Shown here: piece after piece, positions 54,110 through 63,385 of the stretch
How the letters are laid out: the number at the start of each line of letters is the position of its first letter
Numbering within the stretch: position 1 is the stretch's first letter
NCBI GenBank assembly: GCA_963737905.1
Contig: CAVTUQ010000004.1
Location: forward strand, 64,001 to 128,000
From: an uncultured delta proteobacterium
GTDB lineage: Bacteria; Desulfobacterota; Binatia; UBA9968
Length of the DNA stretch: 64,000 bases
Direction of reading: 5' to 3'
Position numbers and translations under genes: made by a program
The notes under the pieces: model-generated
Told to the model about the DNA's origin: nothing
Databases searched by the model: none
Seen by the model: the letters and a program-made list of their open reading frames with translations, nothing else

Positions 54110-55267
54110 TCAGCGAGTAGCTTCAGGTTGGCAGATCGTATGGACAAGGGAGTCGAGCAATCCCCGTTTCCTTCCGGAGAAGCGGATCAGCGGAGAGAGC
54201 AGGCCTGGACGATAGATTAGCCACCGAAGAAGACATTGATTCCCCAACGCGTCCGGAAAGCCGACCGGCACTCCCGCTGGTATGAGCATAACCGGTCCGC
54301 AGAAAAGTCGCCCTTTCGAAACGCCCGATCCATGGTGCTTGCTGCCAGTTTGCCGCTTTTCAGCGCGAAGTAGATTCCTTCGCCGGTGACTGGCTCGTTG
54401 ACACGGGCGGCATCGCCGACCAGCAAAACCCCATCGGCATAAGCGCGCCGGGGCGGAAAATAGACCGGATAAGTCGAGCGCATTTCGCTCACCGGACCCG
54501 CTTCGAAGCATCTCTTTCAGCCAGGGATTCTGCGGCAGAATGGATCGCAGCAGAGACTGCGCCGGTCTGCCATCGAGCAACCGACGCTTTTCAATGGCCA
54601 TGCCAAGAGTGACAGTATCGCCATCGAGGCCGACGACGCCGGCGTAACCACCGGGGAAAAGATGAATCTCAACCTTGCCGGTAGTTTGCCTCGCGCACTT
54701 TAGTCGAAACTGGAACCCCACCGACCGCCCTTGCATCGTCGCCGGATCAGCCAATCTCAAGTGGTGCGCTACCCAGGAGTTTCTGCCATCTGCGCCGATC
54801 AACATTCGCGCGCCGATATCCTCGAAAACATCGGACTTGTCAGGCTTCAGTATCCACCCACGGGGTTGGCGCGTGAGTTCTTTAGGCCTCCAACCATCGA
54901 GAACTGTGACCCCTAAGCGTCTTGCCTTTTCGAGCAGGACATAATCCAGATCGAAGCGACGCAAGCCCAGACCGAAAACCGTTTCATCATTACTTTTCCC
55001 CAAAGGAACTTCGGACTGCGCTCCGGAAAAAGAAGTAAAACGAAATGTTCTGATCTTTTCGTGAGGCCGCGCGAGAACCTCTCTCGCCACCCCTAGCTCA
55101 TCCAGCAGCGGCCAGTTCACGGGACTCAAAAAATCGCCGCAGAGTTTTTCCCTGGGAAACTGCTCTTTATCCAGAAGCGCCACCGAATAGCCGTTGCGTG
55201 TGAGGTGAATAGCCGTTGATGATCCGGCCGGGCCGGCGCCAACGATGGCCACGTCGAGGTGCTTCAT
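54110..55267 (-). CDS. FAD-dependent oxidoreductase (geranylgeranyl reductase-like), frameshifted near 54490 and 54240
   Basis: DVAIVGAGPAG, FPREKLCG, IGADGRNS; VGDAARVNEPVTGEGI lies in a shifted frame. Confidence 0.88.
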   Translation of the reverse strand: MKHLDVAIVGAGPAGSSTAIHLTRNGYSVALLDKEQFPREKLCGDFLSPVNWPLLDELGVAREVLARPHEKIRTFRFTSFSGAQSEVPLGKSNDETVFGLGLRRFDLDYVLLEKARRLGVTVLDGWRPKELTRQPRGWILKPDKSDVFEDIGARMLIGADGRNSWVAHHLRLADPATMQGRSVGFQFRLKCARQTTGKVEIHLFPGGYAGVVGLDGDTVTLGMAIEKRRLLDGRPAQSLLRSILPQNPWLKEMLRSGSGERNALDLSGLFSAPARLCRWGFAGRRCRPCQRASHRRRNLLRAEKRQTGSKHHGSGVSKGRLFCGPVMLIPAGVPVGFPDALGNQCLLRWLIYRPGLLSPLIRFSGRKRGLLDSLVHTICQPEATR

Positions 55268-55269
55268 GA

Positions 55270-55968
55270 TCAGCTTGAGACGGAAATAACTGTCATCTGG
55301 CGGTAGGGGAAGATAGGAACGAGTCGAAACGGACCGACGGCAGCCTCCCGGAAAAGCTTGCGCCATTCGTTCAACGTGAAAGCCCGCCTAACTGAAAGCG
55401 GACCATCGAAGCGAGTCATCTCATTTCGGGTAAAAAGTTGTGTGATCACGCGAATACCCCAGTAAGCCAGGGGATCGCGCACCAGATCGCTCACAAGGAT
55501 CGCCTTCCGCGCCAGTCGGGACCAGGCTTTGAGCAATGCGATGCTCTTGTCTTCGGAAAAATGATGCAGCATTTGAGACGATAGCACAAAATCAAAGGAA
55601 GCCGCCTTGAACGGCGGCGCTATTCCGTCTCCCCTGATGACCGTGATCTCCGGCCACTGTTGAGTCTGATGCACGGCTTCTTGGGCGGTCACCGGTTCAG
55701 GCTCGAGAGCGACTACCCTCGCTTCGATGCCTCGGTCTCGAGCCCACTGGACGATCACCTTGGGAATATCGCCGCTCCCTGTGCCGACATCGAGAAGAGA
55801 AAACCGACTCATCCTATCTTTACCGACCAGTCGCTTTAAGCCCTTCATGATGCCCCGATAGCCACCGAGATAGCGATTGATAATACGTAAATTGCGCAGA
55901 TCCTGGACCAGGAGCTCTCTGGGATTTCCCGGTAAATCCATCATCTCCTTTTTCGTGCTTCGTTTCAT
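55270..55968 (-). CDS. SAM-dependent methyltransferase
   Basis: EMMD...LRIINRYLGG, LLDVGTGSGDIP, LHHF, DGPLSVRRAFT; ATGA-coupled to the ketosynthase gene. Confidence 0.9.
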   Translation of the reverse strand: MKRSTKKEMMDLPGNPRELLVQDLRNLRIINRYLGGYRGIMKGLKRLVGKDRMSRFSLLDVGTGSGDIPKVIVQWARDRGIEARVVALEPEPVTAQEAVHQTQQWPEITVIRGDGIAPPFKAASFDFVLSSQMLHHFSEDKSIALLKAWSRLARKAILVSDLVRDPLAYWGIRVITQLFTRNEMTRFDGPLSVRRAFTLNEWRKLFREAAVGPFRLVPIFPYRQMTVISVSS

Positions 55969-57245
55969 TTCAAATTTCCTCGCCCGACGACCAGGGCGGA
56001 ATTTTTCGATCCGAAGCCGATGCAATTACAAAGCGCGTAGTCGACGGCTTTGGCGATGCCGCGATTGGGGATGTAATTGAGATCACACTCAGGGTCCGGC
56101 TCTTCGTAGTTGATTGTCGGAGGGAGAAAACCGTCGTTCATCCCGAGGATCGCGCTGACGACTCCCGCTGCACCGGAGGCACCTTGCGGATGGCCGATCA
56201 TCGATTTGAGCGAGCTCATGGGAATTTGGTACGCGTCTTTGCCAAAGCACAGCTTGACGGCCAGGCTCTCGGTTTTGTCGTTCAGGACCGTTGAGGTGCC
56301 GTGCAGCGCCAGGTAACCGATTTCATCCTTGCAGATCCCCGCATCCTGGACCGCTATCGTCATCGCGCGAGCCGGCTCCTCTCCGCAGGGGTCCAAACGG
56401 ACGCGATGATAAGCATCGCAAGTCGATCCGTAGCCCAGCACCTCGGCGAAAACCGCCGCGCCGCGGGCGAGCGCAAGCTCTCGCTCCTCCAACACCAAGC
56501 TCCATGCACCCTCGCCCAGCACAAATCCGTCCCGCATGCGATCAAAGGGACGCGACCCGCCGTGAGGGTTCTCGTTATGGGAGGTGGAGACCGCCTGCAT
56601 TATACAGAAGCCTTGCATGATCCCGGGAGTGATCGTTGCGTCGACACCGCCGGTGATCAGACGGTCGGCAAGACCGAAACGGATCATATTGAAAGCATAG
56701 CCGATGGCGTCGGTGGAGCTGGTGCATCCCGTCGAGATCATGTGGCTCGATCCGCGGAAATCAAAATAAAGCGACACTTCGCTCGAAATCGTGCCCAGAG
56801 TCGAGCTGGACACATTATAGGCGCTCACTTTACGCAATTGATCAGTGAAGTAGAGACGATATTGCTCTTCGATAAAGTCCGGCGTGCCGCCGCCGCTCCC
56901 GAGCACAACGCCCCAGGAGCGCTTTTCTTCCAAGCTCGTTTCGTGCAAACAGACCTGGGCCACGCCGAGCGCTTCCTTCGTTGCCGCGATGGCGAGAGGA
57001 ACCGCGCGTCCCACGCGCTTCAGCTCCCTCGGCGCGAGATAGTCTTCCGGTTTGAAGTGTTTCACCTCACCGGCAATGCGGCACGAAAGGGATTCAGGAT
57101 CGAAAAAAGTGATGGTATCGATGCCGCTCCGTCCACTACGAGTGGCATCCCAAAATTCTCCGATGCCGACGCCGTTGGGACTCATCGCGCCTAGCCCAGT
57201 GACGACGACCCGGTGTCGCTTTGGATGGCCATTATTGCCGTTCAT
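55965..57245 (-). CDS. fabF: Beta-ketoacyl-ACP synthase II family
   Basis: RVVVTGLG; catalytic Cys-His-His in STGCTSS, HGTST..ND and KSMIGH; GFGSKN. Confidence 0.85.
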   Translation of the reverse strand: MNGNNGHPKRHRVVVTGLGAMSPNGVGIGEFWDATRSGRSGIDTITFFDPESLSCRIAGEVKHFKPEDYLAPRELKRVGRAVPLAIAATKEALGVAQVCLHETSLEEKRSWGVVLGSGGGTPDFIEEQYRLYFTDQLRKVSAYNVSSSTLGTISSEVSLYFDFRGSSHMISTGCTSSTDAIGYAFNMIRFGLADRLITGGVDATITPGIMQGFCIMQAVSTSHNENPHGGSRPFDRMRDGFVLGEGAWSLVLEERELALARGAAVFAEVLGYGSTCDAYHRVRLDPCGEEPARAMTIAVQDAGICKDEIGYLALHGTSTVLNDKTESLAVKLCFGKDAYQIPMSSLKSMIGHPQGASGAAGVVSAILGMNDGFLPPTINYEEPDPECDLNYIPNRGIAKAVDYALCNCIGFGSKNSALVVGRGNLK

Positions 57246-57362
57246 CTTGACTCTTCACACGGCGAAATGCTTCACTTCGAGCATAGCACCCGGGGAACGG
57301 TCCGTTAAGGCGGTGCCGGAAGAATCCAGAGTTTTTCCATCAGAGAGAAAAGTCGCCTATAG

Positions 57363-58160
57363 ATGACATTTCAAAACCAAGTTGTCCTGATCACCGGTGC
57401 ATCCAAGGGCATCGGCCGGTGCCTCGCCATTGACATAGCGTCGCGGGGAGCCATCGTCGTCGGCTGTGGCCGTTCGCCGGAAGGATTGCAGGCGCTGTCG
57501 ACCGAATTGCGTCGCACCAGCCCTTTATCCACCGCCGTTAAGTGCGACGTAGCTCAACTCGATCAGGTTCGCGCGATGGTTGCCAAAGTTCTCTCCGAGT
57601 TCGGCAAGATCGACATTCTGATCAACAACGCCGGCATCGGCATGCGCAAGCCTTTCGCCGAAACGCCCATCGATATCATCGAAGACGTGATGAGAGTCAA
57701 TTACCTCGGCACGGTCTACTGCACCCACGAAGTCCTGCCGTCGATGATCGCACGACGGAGCGGGCACATCGTGAATATCTCCTCCGCCGCAGGAAAGATC
57801 GGCACACTGAACCTAGCCGGTTACTGCGCCTCCAAGTTTGCCGCGAACGGGCTCAGCGAAAGCCTCTACCACGAGCTCACACCCCTTGGAATTAACGTAT
57901 CCGTTATCTGCCCGGGTGCGGTGCGAACCGACTTCAATAAAGGGTTCGCGGACACGCCGCCTAAATCACCTTCCGCATTAGTCGTCAGTCCGGAATTTGT
58001 TTCAGCGGCGGTGATCAAGGCCATCGAGAAAAAGCGCTTCGAGGTCGTGCTGCCGCGTTGGTTGGCGTTGATCTGTTGGTTTAAAGGCATGGCTCCAAAC
58101 CTTTTTCGCACGGTTGCGCGCCGTTCTTTCCGGCATGTTGTGGAAAACAAAAAGACGTGA
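57363..58160 (+). CDS. Short-chain dehydrogenase/reductase
   Basis: TGASKGIG, NNAG, YCASK. Confidence 0.95.
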   Translation: MTFQNQVVLITGASKGIGRCLAIDIASRGAIVVGCGRSPEGLQALSTELRRTSPLSTAVKCDVAQLDQVRAMVAKVLSEFGKIDILINNAGIGMRKPFAETPIDIIEDVMRVNYLGTVYCTHEVLPSMIARRSGHIVNISSAAGKIGTLNLAGYCASKFAANGLSESLYHELTPLGINVSVICPGAVRTDFNKGFADTPPKSPSALVVSPEFVSAAVIKAIEKKRFEVVLPRWLALICWFKGMAPNLFRTVARRSFRHVVENKKT

Positions 58161-58223
58161 CATATAAAATAAACGAGCACGCAGCAAAGCCGCAGGGTAT
58201 CAAAAAAACAATTTAGGGGATAC

Positions 58224-58814
58224 ATGTTACTCAAAACAATTTTCGTTCTGTTGTGGTTCCTATCATTCAGCCATTTCCCAGCGTTCGCCCAATTAGGTCC
58301 TAAGGATGGGACCGATCTGAGTCCAACGGATCTCCAGCGAGTCAAAGTAGGACAGCCCGCGCCTGACTTCACGCTGCAAGATGTCGACGGCAAAAACATG
58401 TCGCTGTCGGATTTCCGCGGGAAGAAGTCAGTTGTCCTGGTCTTCTATCGCGGCTACTGGTGACCCTTCTGCATCGAACAGCTCGGGAAGCTGAAAAGTT
58501 TATTGACGAAACCGCAGAAAGAGAAGATCCAGATTCTTGCCGTCAGTGTCGACAGCCATGAAGACTCTAAAAAATTCGCCCAGATGCTCCAGAAGCGCTT
58601 CGAAGGTGAGTTCGACTTTCCACTTCTGGAAGACAAAGACCACAAAGTGATCAACCGCTACGGGATATTCAACCCGGATGGTTCTGGCTGGCCCCATCCG
58701 ACTACTTTGGTGATTGATCCGCAGGGCGTGGTGCGTTGGAAATTCGTAGAAGTGGATTACAAGAAGAGACCTTCCAACGAACAGATACGACAGCAGTTAG
58801 CCAAGATTAAATAG
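58224..58814 (+). CDS. Exported peroxiredoxin-like (AhpC/TSA) protein, predicted selenoprotein with UxxC (Sec at TGA 58461-58463)
   Basis: Signal peptide; [10 protein letters not shown]...[19 protein letters not shown]...LAVSVD...[14 protein letters not shown] 58503-58814 is in frame. Confidence 0.92.
58479..58493 (+). promoter_or_regulatory. Putative bacterial SECIS element
   Basis: CAGCT-CGGGA-AGCTG; loop starts 20 nt after UGA. Confidence 0.6.
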
Positions 58815-59934
58815 CCGAGTTGCCGATCCATGGGATGCGGGTAGAGGCCCTTTCTGTTCGGAACACCAGGCAAGATCGAGAAAACGTTCGAGCTCTCGGT
58901 CGTCGATCACCGGAGCTTCCACACGATGGCGAGCGAGCAATCTGCGCGCGGCCGAGTCATCGAACTGAACGTCTTGTTTTAGATAATCTCGATAAGGCGA
59001 CAGCATCCGCGCCACTCTCATTTCGAGGGGCGATCGGATGGCCAGCCGTTCGGTAGCATTCACAAGAGACAGATTGTGTAAGTCGAGACGCGCGCTCATC
59101 ATCTCCAGCATGCGCTTTTGCGTGGGTGGATCTTTAGCAACAAGATGAATCGTTTTGCCTGCCGCTTCGGGATCGTCACTCAGTCGTTCAATGGCCGCCG
59201 CGACGTATTCCACTGGAACAATATTAAATCGAGCCTGGGGTCGGCCCTGAATACGAAGAGGAGTATTTCCGGCGCCGGCTTTGCACGACAAGGCGATCAG
59301 GAGCCGGAGAAACGCCAAAAACAGGTTGGACGGCACTCCGCCAGGCGTTGAGGGCGCGCCCCCGACAACGATGCTAGGTCTGAAAATTACTAGATCGACT
59401 CCAAGCTGGCGGCAGGTTTGTTTGAGCCGGATCTCTAGCTCCAGCTTGAGCCGTTCATAACCATTGTGAAATTCCTGCCCCACATCCGTTTGGTTTTCAT
59501 AGATCATGCCTTCGCGGCCGCCGCAAACAAACGCCGTTGAGATATGGACCCAACGAGCGTAAACCCCCGGAACGGAGGATTTTAAGGAGAGCAAGTGGCC
59601 CGTCGATCTGAGCAAATCGCGCTGATTCTTGCTCGCTGGCTGAGAAAGTCGTCTCTCCGGCGCAGTGGATCACCGCATCGATGGTTGACCCGTGGCGCTT
59701 AAGATTGCCCTGTATCACAGCAGGATTTGCGAGATCTCCGTCCACCACCTCGAGCGATCGCCGAGAAACTTCACCAAAGATTTCCGCCACCCGCTGCTCT
59801 CCCGTTAGTCCAGCCCGGTGCCGGGCCAAGATCACCACGCGCCGGCCGGCCAGCAAAAGGCGACTAACCACATGCCTGCCGATGAAGCCCGTAGCGCCGG
59901 TTACGAGGACCGCCGGATCTGATTTTCTGAGCAT
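58797..59934 (-). CDS. Extended SDR (fatty acyl reductase / thioester reductase-like), frameshift near 59565
   Basis: LVTGATGFIG, IHCAG; HISTAFV, YERLK, FRPSIV, IVPVEYVA. Confidence 0.85.
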
Positions 59935-60651
59935 GAGAGATTCCTACGATTGAGGCTCCGTCCTCCCCACCTATCCCAGTGCCCCGCGTACCGCTGCGTG
60001 TCGAGTCTAAGCGAATGGAGAAAAAGAACCCATAGAATGAACGACAAAGCACGCCACGGACCCCACGTGAGGAAACGGCGTCCTGACGTAATCAGCGGGA
60101 GAGGAATGACTTTCGTCCGACCCCGTCTTTTCAATCGCTGGCTAAAATCTAAGTCTTCCATGAACACGTCGCGATAGCCGCCAATTTCGCGAAAGATCGC
60201 GGCCCGCACGAAGATGCCCTGATCCCCGTAATAGTTGCGCGTCAGAAAGTAGCGCCGCCGGTTGATCCAGCTGATAAACCTTAGACTCCATACCGCTTTC
60301 TGCAAAGCGGTGCTCGAAAGCTCCTCCTAAAATAGCGTTGTCTTGCAAAACGCGCTGGATCTCCGTCAAGGCGTCCAGCGGCGGAAACGAGTCCGCGTGC
60401 AGAAAGAAAAAGATATCCCCGACGGCTGCGGCGGCGCCGGCATTCATCAGAGCCGCGCGGGTGGAACGGCCAGGCCATAAAATACGCGCGCGCCCGGCCA
60501 CGGCATCTTCGGTCGCTTTTATGCCACCCGAAGCGGCCACGATAATTTCTGCCGTTTCGATACCACCCAAGCGCTCCAAGTGATCGAGTGTGAAACGAAG
60601 CGCTTGAGCGTCATTTCGAGCAGGTATGATGATCGAGATAGACGGATCCAT
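59901..60651 (-). CDS. GT2 glycosyltransferase, TIGR04283-like, frameshift near 60300
   Basis: ISIIIPARND, RAALMNAGA, FLHAD; YGDQGIFVR, FMED, TSGRRF. Confidence 0.8.
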
Positions 60652-60907
60652 AGCCGGTCAGTCGCATTCCGCCGCGTCAACGAAACCCTCTGACTGTTTC
60701 TCTAACCAGCACATGCTTCGGGAGCTTCACCGAGCTTAGCAAATTTTACATCAAGCTTACTCAGCCGATCAACTCGCTTCAACGAGGATCAGGCGAACTG
60801 GACATCGCCGTCCAGGATGGACACCTCCCTTCGCCCCGCGCAAGGCGATCAGTTCGACTTCAACGCGACAAACTCTACAAGTAGTTCTCAATTTTAGCAT
60901 CCACTCG

Positions 60908-61507
60908 CTACAGCAGTTTTTTTCCAACCATCAGTGCGTCGACGTAGTCTTTCCGCAAGCTCGCGTAGTCCTCCGTCAATTGGACACCCAGCGCATCCGC
61001 CATTCGCGTGATAAAGTTTCTGTAACTGGTGACCGCGGCGATATCGAGAATCTCGGACTCACTCCAACCTGCCTCCTTTAGGGTCCGCACATCGGGCGCG
61101 TCCACTTCGCTCGGGCGAAGGGTAATTTTCTCAGCGTACTCGAGCATGGCCTTATCCTTGTCATCCAGCTTCGACTGGCGAAAATCGCGCGCGACCGCCA
61201 TCACGAGATCGTAATCTCCATTGACTTCTTTACGGAGAAACTCTCCGTGGGCAACGGTTCAATAACTGCACTTGAGCAGCGCACCGACGAGAACGGAGAT
61301 CATTTCTTCACGTTTGACTCCCAGGCTGGAACCGCCAAATTGAATCGCCCTGGAAAATACGTGCTGGGCTTCGAGAAGGTCAGGCCGGAGGCTAAAAATC
61401 TTCGCGATGTTTGAGACTTTGCCGGAGTGGTGATTCATTCTTTTCTGATAAATCTCTTTGATCTTGCCTGTCGCCTCCGACTCCTTGATGGTTTTAATAA
61501 AAGGCAC
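60908..61507 (-). CDS. AhpD/CMD-family peroxidase-related protein, predicted selenoprotein CxxU (TGA at 61261-61259)
   Basis: REEMISVLVGALLKCSY-TGA-TVAHGEFLR continues in frame into ORF 60908-61204 (MLEYAEKITL.P...NFITRMADALG). Confidence 0.92.
61232..61248 (-). promoter_or_regulatory. Putative bacterial SECIS element
   Basis: mRNA ACGGAGA-GUU-UCUCCGU: perfect 7-bp stem; loop starts 17 nt after UGA. Confidence 0.75.
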
Positions 61508-61638
61508 CTTTCAAGTTCTCCTTTCAGGGATCGTTATCGACATAGGCCGCTTTGCTCGAGCTCGCGGATCAACGTGTCATCGATAAATTGCCCCGGTTTT
61601 ACATCCTTGGCGAAGCTGTCGGCAAGACATGTGCGGCA

Positions 61639-62193
61639 TCACCCACGAAGAAAATCGTGACCGGAGATTCCCATCGCGTCGGCCATGCGATCGTTGAAAT
61701 TGTAAAGGCAGATTACGTAGACGATATCTAAAATATCTCGATCGGCGAAGCCGTGAGAGCGCAGTCTGTTGATATCGTCTTCGCTCGCCGTCGACGGCGC
61801 GATCGTCAGCTTGACCGCGTAATCCAACATCGCACGCTCCGCGGCCGGCAAATCTAACCGCGTGTAATCCTGCTTGATGCCTTCGACCAAAGGATCGTCG
61901 TTCGATTCGGTACGGAGAGCCTCCCCGTGCGCGGTCATTCAATAACTGCAATGGTTGGTCGCCGATACGACGGTCGCGATCATCTCGCGCTGGCGCCGCG
62001 TGATGCGCGATTCGCCGCGCATGATCCCGACGTCGATCTCGCGCCAAGCGGCCAGAACGTCGGGATTCAGGCTTTGTACTTGCCGGATCATCGAAACTTT
62101 TCCTCGCGCCGCCGACGGGCCGGCGCCAGACTCGTAAATTTCTTTCAGCTTGCCGGTGGCCTCAGACGGAGGGATCGTGCGGATGTAAGGCAT
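61639..62193 (-). CDS. AhpD/CMD-family peroxidase-related protein, predicted selenoprotein CxxU (TGA at 61941-61939)
   Basis: QREMIATVVSATNHCSY-TGA-MTAHGEALR...AMLDYAVKLT..P...YNFNDRMADAMG, contiguous and in frame. Confidence 0.92.
61912..61928 (-). promoter_or_regulatory. Putative bacterial SECIS element
   Basis: mRNA ACGGGGA-GGC-UCUCCGU: 7-bp stem with one G-U; loop starts 17 nt after UGA. Confidence 0.72.
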
Positions 62194-62196
62194 GAT

Positions 62197-62409
62197 TCAC
62201 TCCTCTGCTCCAGATTGAGATCCGCGAGCATTGTTCACGGACAACACATGGCGCACCGCTTCAATAATTTCATAGCGACAGTCGCTTTTTTCCGGAACAC
62301 GGCGCAGCTGGACAACAATATTTTCCGCCTCTGCGCGCGAGTAGAACAATCCCACCGTGCTGACCTCGCCGTTGAGACGAATTTCGTTGACGTAGAGCTT
62401 TTCCATCAT
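62197..62409 (-). CDS. Small hypothetical protein
   Basis: Packed with 3-4 nt gaps between the Fe-S gene and the first AhpD-like gene. Confidence 0.65.
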   Translation of the reverse strand: MMEKLYVNEIRLNGEVSTVGLFYSRAEAENIVVQLRRVPEKSDCRYEIIEAVRHVLSVNNARGSQSGAEE

Positions 62410-62413
62410 TGCC

Positions 62414-63319
62414 TCACCAAGACTTCGGCGTCTTGTAGCCGACTTGTTTTCGTTCCTTCATGAAAGCTCTGTAAGTCCCCGGATGAGATTTCACGTTGTA
62501 GGGACAAACGTCGACGCACAGATGACAGTATTCGTCCCGCAGTCGCGAATAGGGATAGCACTTTTCCAGATCGATGAGCCAGCGTTTGATGCCGTGCGTG
62601 ATGACATGATCTTGCGGGATCGCGTCGCCCGGGCAATTCAACTGGCAGACGTTGCAGTTCATACAAACGTCCTGCACGCCGAATTCGCGCGGGTGATCCT
62701 CGACCAGGGGCAGATCCGTCGTGACAAAGCCCGGACGGAAGCTGGAGCCGTACTTTTCGTTGATCAAGCTGCCGTGGCGGCCGAGCTCGCCGAAACCCAC
62801 CTGATAAAATATCGGAATGGCCTGCACCTCGCTGGCGCCATTGTGGTGTGCGCGCGCCGGATAGCCAAGCGCGCGAACGTAAGCCGCGAGATCGCTCGCG
62901 ATCTCGGTGCACTTGGCATAGGTCCGCATCGCTTCTTCCTCTACGGCGTTGGCGCCATGGACAACTTTTTCGTAGTCTTCCGCCACGCAGGCGACGATAA
63001 CAAATTCGTGCGGCACATCCTCGCCAAGGTCGATCATGTGCGGCTGCAAGCGGCAGATCCCGACCATGTTCGCGCCGAGTTCCATCGATTTGGCTTTGAT
63101 CTGTTCCGTCATCCCCGCCAAATCACTAACTTCGACGCGTTGTGAATTGACCGGGCCATCGCGGAACGGCGCGAGCTTCACCCAGCTATCGCGGTAGGCC
63201 TGAATCTTCGGCGTCGCCGCGGTGTAATGACGCGCCGTCTCCATTCCCGCCGCATGGACCATTGAAGCCAATACCGGATCAGCCATGCCTTGTTCTCGCC
63301 TCGGTGTTATTCCACGCAT
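62414..63319 (-). CDS. Reductive dehalogenase / epoxyqueuosine reductase-like 2x[4Fe-4S] protein
   Basis: IKAKSMELGANMVGI, YVRALGYPA, GFGELGRHGSLINEKYG, VTTDLPL, CMNCNVCQLNCP, C...CHLCVDVCPY; start may be 63286. Confidence 0.82.
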   Translation of the reverse strand: MRGITPRREQGMADPVLASMVHAAGMETARHYTAATPKIQAYRDSWVKLAPFRDGPVNSQRVEVSDLAGMTEQIKAKSMELGANMVGICRLQPHMIDLGEDVPHEFVIVACVAEDYEKVVHGANAVEEEAMRTYAKCTEIASDLAAYVRALGYPARAHHNGASEVQAIPIFYQVGFGELGRHGSLINEKYGSSFRPGFVTTDLPLVEDHPREFGVQDVCMNCNVCQLNCPGDAIPQDHVITHGIKRWLIDLEKCYPYSRLRDEYCHLCVDVCPYNVKSHPGTYRAFMKERKQVGYKTPKSW

Positions 63320-63385
63320 ACTAACGAACCCTTCCTGCGATCATCTTCACGCTGCAATCCCTGCTTCCTTCTCATTCAACCGGAG

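Noticed and set aside
60790-60870. Hairpin-rich spacer with a short RVEVELIA (RidA-like tail) reading
   Set aside because: Too short to assign; no start codon or RNA family recognisable.
12005-63145. Long antisense ORFs such as 15861-16640, 27237-28112, 29223-30008, 47075-47944, 50692-51561, 56301-57194 and 62444-63145
   Set aside because: They are shadows of well-supported genes on the opposite strand and have no recognisable motifs.
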